From positions 58,661 through 122,660 of the forward strand of contig CAZXLF010000006.1 in assembly GCA_964642015.1 (NCBI GenBank): a stretch of 64,000 nucleotides of DNA, read 5' to 3'. How positions within the stretch are numbered: the stretch's first letter is position 1; every line of letters begins with the position of its first letter. Below the pieces are notes generated by a model. That model was not told the origin of the DNA. It saw only the letters and a list, made by a program, of their open reading frames with translations, and ran no database searches. Origin of the DNA: an uncultured Planctomycetia bacterium (GTDB lineage Bacteria > Omnitrophota > Gorgyraeia > 2-02-FULL-51-18). This document shows, piece by piece, positions 60,096 to 64,000 of this stretch. The position numbers and the translations under genes were made by a program.

Positions 60096-60542
60096 TTATT
60101 TAAGCGGCTTTATTTTCTTAATAATTTTTATAATTTGGTTTTCAGATTTTAAGGAATGCTCCCAAAAGCGTTTAACCTCAAAACCTCGTTGCTTCAAAAT
60201 ACGGTTTATTCTTCTATCTCTCAATTGATTTCGTTCAATCTTTGTTTTCCAATATTTGCTTCTAGTTTTGGGAATATGCCCACAATCATGGCATCCATGC
60301 CAAAAGCATCCATCGACAAAAATAATAAGTTTTGTTTTTGGGAAAAACACATCAGGGCAACCAACCATACCTGCGGGATGCAAACGCCATCCTTTCAACC
60401 CATTCCGCATGAGCGCAGATCTGAGCTTTCTTTCCGTAGTCTTATTATTCTTTCCACGGATAGCTTGCATGGTTTTAGATCGAATGGTGCTTACTTTTAT
60501 AAACTTTCCATATCGTAGGGTTCGTTTAAGTATTTTTTCCAT
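60096..60542 (-). CDS. vsr: Very-short-patch repair endonuclease
   Basis: IIFVDGCFWHGC...H...W motif; abuts the C5-MTase gene. Confidence 0.85.
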   Translation of the reverse strand: MEKILKRTLRYGKFIKVSTIRSKTMQAIRGKNNKTTERKLRSALMRNGLKGWRLHPAGMVGCPDVFFPKTKLIIFVDGCFWHGCHDCGHIPKTRSKYWKTKIERNQLRDRRINRILKQRGFEVKRFWEHSLKSENQIIKIIKKIKPLK

Positions 60543-61814
60543 TTAAACACTTAAACTTAATTCAAGCTGCGCCTCAGCAGGTTCCTGAATTACCATTGTC
60601 TTGGAATCGAATTTGCCGCTTAACATGGCTATGAGGCAACGACCTACATAGTAAGCCAAATTAACAGGAACAGCATTTCCTATCTGCTTATATTGAGATC
60701 CCATAGATCCCTCAAATTTCCATTGGTCAGGAAAAGATTGAATTCGCGCAGACTCTCTTATAGTCAAAGGTCTTGTTTCTGTGGGGTGGCATCTTTCAGT
60801 CTGCCCCTGTGCGGGTGTACAAACCAGAGTCAAACTTGGCTCATCCCATGCCAGACGTCTCGCCATTCCTGTTTTACCACCTCCCAGGTAAAAGCTCCCT
60901 TGCATATATTCTTTTTGCAGCTCAATTGGTAAATCCCTCCAGTAACCTCCTTCGGGAACCTTTGACATAATATAAGCTTTTCTCTTCGGATACGTGGCAC
61001 CTTCTGATTTTGGACAACTCTTTAAAACATCTCGTAAAATAAGGCAATGGTCTCTCCCCTTAGGAAATATAAAAGGCATCTTCAAATCCTTTCTTATACC
61101 CAGTATGATCAGCCGTTCTCTCTTTTGAGCGACATCGAGATATTGAGCCTGAAGTAATTTCCACGTAACGTCGTATCCAAGCTCACTCAAACGTTCTATC
61201 ATGGCTTTTAGGGTTCTGCCATTATCGTGTTGAATCAACCCTTTAACATTTTCACCTAATGCTATCTTAGGTCTTATTTCTTCAACGCATCTAGCGAATT
61301 CAAAAAATAGGGTTCCTCTTGTATCAGTAAATCCTCGCCCAGCACCTGCATAACTAAATGCCTGACAGGGAAAGCCGCCCGCGACAACATCTACCTCATT
61401 GTAATAAGGCTTAAAATCGACGTTTTTTATATCGTCATGTATAACTGGCCATTTTGGCCTATTTTTTTTCAAAGTTGCAACGGCGTCCTTATCGAATTCA
61501 ACCAGCAATCGTGATTTGAATCCAGCATTTGAAAGACCTAAGGCTAGTCCACCTGCACCTGAGAATAGCTCGATAACCGAATATTTAGTGGATTTGGAAA
61601 CGTGGACGTGAAATCTATATTGCGATCTCTTGCTCTTTAGTCTTTTCTTTAAGTTCAAAATTTGCTGCACATCAAATAGCCTTCCATACAAACTCGACCG
61701 CTCTGATTTAATCAAACATTTCTTTTCCCAATACAAAATCTCTTTTGTAGACGTCTTTGTCTTTTCAGAAACTAATCCAAGCGGCAGTTTGTTTGAATTT
61801 ATATTATTAAGCAT
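60543..61814 (-). CDS. dcm: DNA (cytosine-5)-methyltransferase
   Basis: Motif I FSGAGG, motif IV GGFPCQAFSYAG, motif VI ENVKGL, motif X QIGNAVPV. There is a roughly 75-aa extension before motif I. The ORF-track start is TTG; the internal ATG is used. Confidence 0.85.
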   Translation of the reverse strand: MLNNINSNKLPLGLVSEKTKTSTKEILYWEKKCLIKSERSSLYGRLFDVQQILNLKKRLKSKRSQYRFHVHVSKSTKYSVIELFSGAGGLALGLSNAGFKSRLLVEFDKDAVATLKKNRPKWPVIHDDIKNVDFKPYYNEVDVVAGGFPCQAFSYAGAGRGFTDTRGTLFFEFARCVEEIRPKIALGENVKGLIQHDNGRTLKAMIERLSELGYDVTWKLLQAQYLDVAQKRERLIILGIRKDLKMPFIFPKGRDHCLILRDVLKSCPKSEGATYPKRKAYIMSKVPEGGYWRDLPIELQKEYMQGSFYLGGGKTGMARRLAWDEPSLTLVCTPAQGQTERCHPTETRPLTIRESARIQSFPDQWKFEGSMGSQYKQIGNAVPVNLAYYVGRCLIAMLSGKFDSKTMVIQEPAEAQLELSLSV

Positions 61815-61819
61815 ATTGT

Positions 61820-62527
61820 TTACCGATAAGTTCTCCAAAAGATCTTTTCCAATTCTTTGGCATCTTTAAGATTATCAATTTTTATTTCACACTCTTTCTC
61901 TAATATTTTGGGGATAACGTTAAATACTTTGAGCAGCCCATCTTTATCTCCCGTAATTAACTCATAGAATTTAAAACCTGATATCTCCAATATATGGTCA
62001 TTTTCAGGTCGCCTTTTGTGTGTCGTTCTATCAGATGGCACAAAAGATTTAAGATGGTTTTTGTCCTTTGTTATCATCATCACATGATACGCCATAAAAC
62101 CTCTATGCTCATTCCGTGATAAAGCCTCTTCCAATTCATCGTAAATCTTGATTAAATGAATGCCAGTGACTGTATTATATTTATTTTTTATTTCTGCTAT
62201 TATTTTTTTACTCTTATTGCGTACATCAATAAGGTTCCCTTTCCCTAAATTCTCCCACCCATCTATTCCTCCAATCACATCTTGATGGAATTCACCTACA
62301 GCATTTTGCATGGTCTTTTGAGCTTGGCGAGTAGCTTCTAATTTAAGCCATTCGCCATATGAGACGCCACCAACTAGCGCCTCATACATGGCTGAAAAAG
62401 CATCGAGAATATTTTCATCAATATTTGTATGTAAAAGAGCGGCTTGAGTCTTTGAAACTACTGCTTTGACCGCAGCTACAAGCTTTTCATTAGAAATAAA
62501 CGGAACTAACCTCTTGTCTACCAACAT
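61820..62527 (-). CDS. Type II restriction endonuclease (PD-(D/E)xK-like); family uncertain
   Basis: First gene of the operon, 5 nt upstream of the MTase. GIDGWENLGKGNLIDVRNK...EIKNK is compatible with a D...E-x-K core. Confidence 0.5.
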   Translation of the reverse strand: MLVDKRLVPFISNEKLVAAVKAVVSKTQAALLHTNIDENILDAFSAMYEALVGGVSYGEWLKLEATRQAQKTMQNAVGEFHQDVIGGIDGWENLGKGNLIDVRNKSKKIIAEIKNKYNTVTGIHLIKIYDELEEALSRNEHRGFMAYHVMMITKDKNHLKSFVPSDRTTHKRRPENDHILEISGFKFYELITGDKDGLLKVFNVIPKILEKECEIKIDNLKDAKELEKIFWRTYR

Positions 62528-62769
62528 TTAATAGTTACTCCTAGAAGGAACATGTTAGATTTATTAGATTTTAATAGTCTACTCCCCTCCCTTTTTGCTG
62601 TCACGAAAATCGTTTGCCCCGCACCCACCCCCGCGCTCACCCGCGCTCTCGGCGGTTTCGACAGAAAACGCCGTACTGCGTCAGCAGTTTTGCGTTAAAC
62701 CTACCCGCACTCAACGCAAAGAGAGCGCCATTCTTTTATATTTTATGTTTTTACTATTATTTCAAGGGA

Positions 62770-62975
62770 GCTGTGGGGTAGTCCAAGCGGCGAGTTCCGC
62801 AGGACGCGAGCATCCACAGGTATTTTCTAAGCGCGAGCGCCGAGGACCTGTCTGAGCCGTGGACTACCCCACAGCGACCGTACATTTACGGAGAAGTCAT
62901 GCAGCGTGATCTGAGAAACAGAGTGAGTCAAAGCTTTGAGCCGCGGACTAACCTACAGCGACCGTTAGTTAAACG
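62770..62975. other. Structured GC-rich intergenic element: 19-bp inverted repeat (ctgtggggtagtccaagcggc / gccgtggactaccccacag) plus two 37-nt imperfect direct repeats
   Basis: DR1 at about 62853-62890 (gagccgtggactaccccacagcgaccgtacatttacgg). DR2 at about 62932-62972 (gagccgcggactaacctacagcgaccgttagttaaacg). Lies between divergent R-M and ORF6N genes. Confidence 0.35.
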
Positions 62976-63046
62976 TAAAAAATTCAGTAAAATCCATGAA
63001 CGAAAACAAGGGAGTTCGTCGTCTTGTATGGTTAAGGAGGACAGCT

Positions 63047-63586
63047 ATGCCTAAAAATATTGTCTCGGTTATTCAAGGCTCTACAATTTCATCACGGATC
63101 TATCTGATACGCGGGAAGCGCGTACTGCTTGATTCGGACCTAGCGGAACTCTACGGAGTACTAACGAAGAATTTAAATAAAGCTATTCATCGCAACGTGA
63201 GCCGTTTCCCTGAGGACTTTATGTTCCAGCTCACTTCTGGTGAGGCAGAATCTTTGAGGTTCCAAATTGGAACCTCAAAAAAGGGTCGTGGTGGACGCCG
63301 TTATTTACCCTATGCATTTACCCAAGAAGGCGTCGCTATGCTCTCAGGCGTCTTGAATAGCCCGCGGGCCATCCAAGCCAATATCCTTATCATGCGAGCT
63401 TTTATAAAACTCCGTGAGCTAGTAGCTACAAATGAACTCATCCGCCAAAAAATTGAAGAACTTGAGCGCAAATACGAAAAACACGACAATCAATTAAAGG
63501 CTGTTTTTGAGGCATTGAGAGACTTACTCGAACCGCCGGAGATCCCTAAGAAAAAACCCATCGGTTTTCATGTGAAATATGAATAG
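63047..63586 (+). CDS. ORF6N/KilA-N-like domain protein (phage antirepressor-associated family)
   Basis: IRGKRVLLDSDLAELYGVLTKNLNKAIHRNVSRFPEDFMFQLT...RRYLPYAFTQEGVAMLSGVLNS is a hallmark ORF6N block. Internal ATG with AAGGAGG RBS. Confidence 0.7.
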   Translation: MPKNIVSVIQGSTISSRIYLIRGKRVLLDSDLAELYGVLTKNLNKAIHRNVSRFPEDFMFQLTSGEAESLRFQIGTSKKGRGGRRYLPYAFTQEGVAMLSGVLNSPRAIQANILIMRAFIKLRELVATNELIRQKIEELERKYEKHDNQLKAVFEALRDLLEPPEIPKKKPIGFHVKYE

Positions 63587-63618
63587 ACTTGATATCCCAA
63601 TTTGGGACATCAAGTTGA
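63587..63618 (+). terminator. Hairpin (cttgatatcccaa / ttgggacatcaag) immediately after the ORF6N stop
   Basis: 13-bp inverted repeat with one mismatch. Confidence 0.4.
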
Positions 63619-63944
63619 GCAGCATCCTATTTTGCAGACACAAGGCTCTCTCTCGCAGCGTATAGCTGACGCGCATATCAAAAGTCCGGCAAAAATATGA
63701 TCCTATTTTCACAAGTCGTCCACGCCAAGAGAACATTTGTGTATTTCAATCAAGCGGCAGTAGCGAGAGAGATGGCCTTGCGGGAGCGACATTATGACTA
63801 ACGCTTATACCCCATCATTTATAGAGAAACCATGCATCCGGAAATCCAAACCCAAATCGAGTCAAATCCCCACAGCAGCTGCGCTGCTGAGATTGCTACG
63901 CCACGCCTGCCACAAAGCTTGGCAGGCCACGCTCGCAATGACGT

Positions 63945-63985
63945 TTAAATGTTGATCCCCGATAAAAAATTTCGGGGATGACAGA
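63945..63985. repeat. REP-A-like palindrome (gatccccgat...atcggggatgacag)
   Basis: Shares the atccccga/tcggggatgac core with REP-A. Confidence 0.35.
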
Positions 63986-64000
63986 AATAGTTTGAACGAA

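Larger units (their letters stand above)
58900..63620. mobile_element. Putative AT-rich genomic island (R-M/Vsr operon plus ORF6N); no integrase in the window
   Basis: Visibly lower GC than flanks. All five upstream genes are co-oriented on the minus strand. A REP-A copy sits at the left edge and a hairpin terminates the right edge. Confidence 0.4.

Noticed and set aside
62595-62855. 86-aa ORF MLSRKSFAPHPPPRSP...
   Set aside because: It overlaps the GC-rich structured intergenic element. The composition (Pro/Arg/Ser/Ala-rich, then a hydrophobic stretch) looks like a translation artefact of GC-rich non-coding DNA. No RBS.
62850-62975. Possible mini-CRISPR array (two 37-nt direct repeats)
   Set aside because: Only two imperfect repeats; the spacer-like gap is not matched by further units; no cas genes. 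More consistent with an att, iteron or structured RNA element.

Overview
This window is a densely coded, mostly minus-strand bacterial chromosomal segment of unknown lineage. I found no rRNA, tRNA or CRISPR.

Recognisable housekeeping and envelope genes are leuC and leuD, a cold-shock protein, a cyclophilin-type PPIase, PPK2, an SRAP/YedK protein, an aldo-keto reductase, two methyltransferases, and GT-A and GT-C glycosyltransferases.

Three regions stand out.

1. A nitrogen and potassium transport neighbourhood at about 13.9-29 kb.
- It holds four PII-family proteins, each beside a different transporter: an IT-superfamily (ArsB/NhaD-like) permease, a classical amtB-glnK pair, and an APC-family permease with a PII domain fused to its C-terminus followed by a standalone PII.
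- It also holds two KimA-type K+/H+ symporter paralogues. One sits behind a strong sigma70 promoter plus a candidate ydaO-type c-di-AMP riboswitch. The other sits directly downstream of glnK.
- A short-form KdpD/KdpE pair lies here with no kdpFABC in view.
- A ClC transporter and a LexA-like XRE-S24 regulator lacking the catalytic Ser complete the region.
- The same 20-nt motif sits upstream of the two PII-containing operons.

2. A perfect 2370-bp tandem duplication at 52142-56881. It contains a Fic protein, a 95-aa membrane protein and HigB/HigA, and is bounded by nested-palindrome REP-like repeats.

3. An AT-rich island at about 58.9-63.6 kb. It carries a five-gene minus-strand operon (restriction endonuclease, C5-cytosine MTase, Vsr, a GYP-repeat protein, and a protein with an Rx4H HEPN-like motif), a structured GC-rich intergenic element, and an ORF6N/KilA-N gene.

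Other notable items:
- A paralogous GT-A glycosyltransferase pair 26 kb apart.
- A small Trp-rich secreted peptide next to an orphan tandem-REC regulator.
- A two-TM K+ channel.
- STAS/RsbW partner-switching modules.
- A secreted Ada-like Zn-ribbon protein.

The supplied ORF track calls TTG/GTG as M, so several gene starts below are moved to internal ATGs that have ribosome-binding sites. Functional calls rest on motif and family recall, not database searches.
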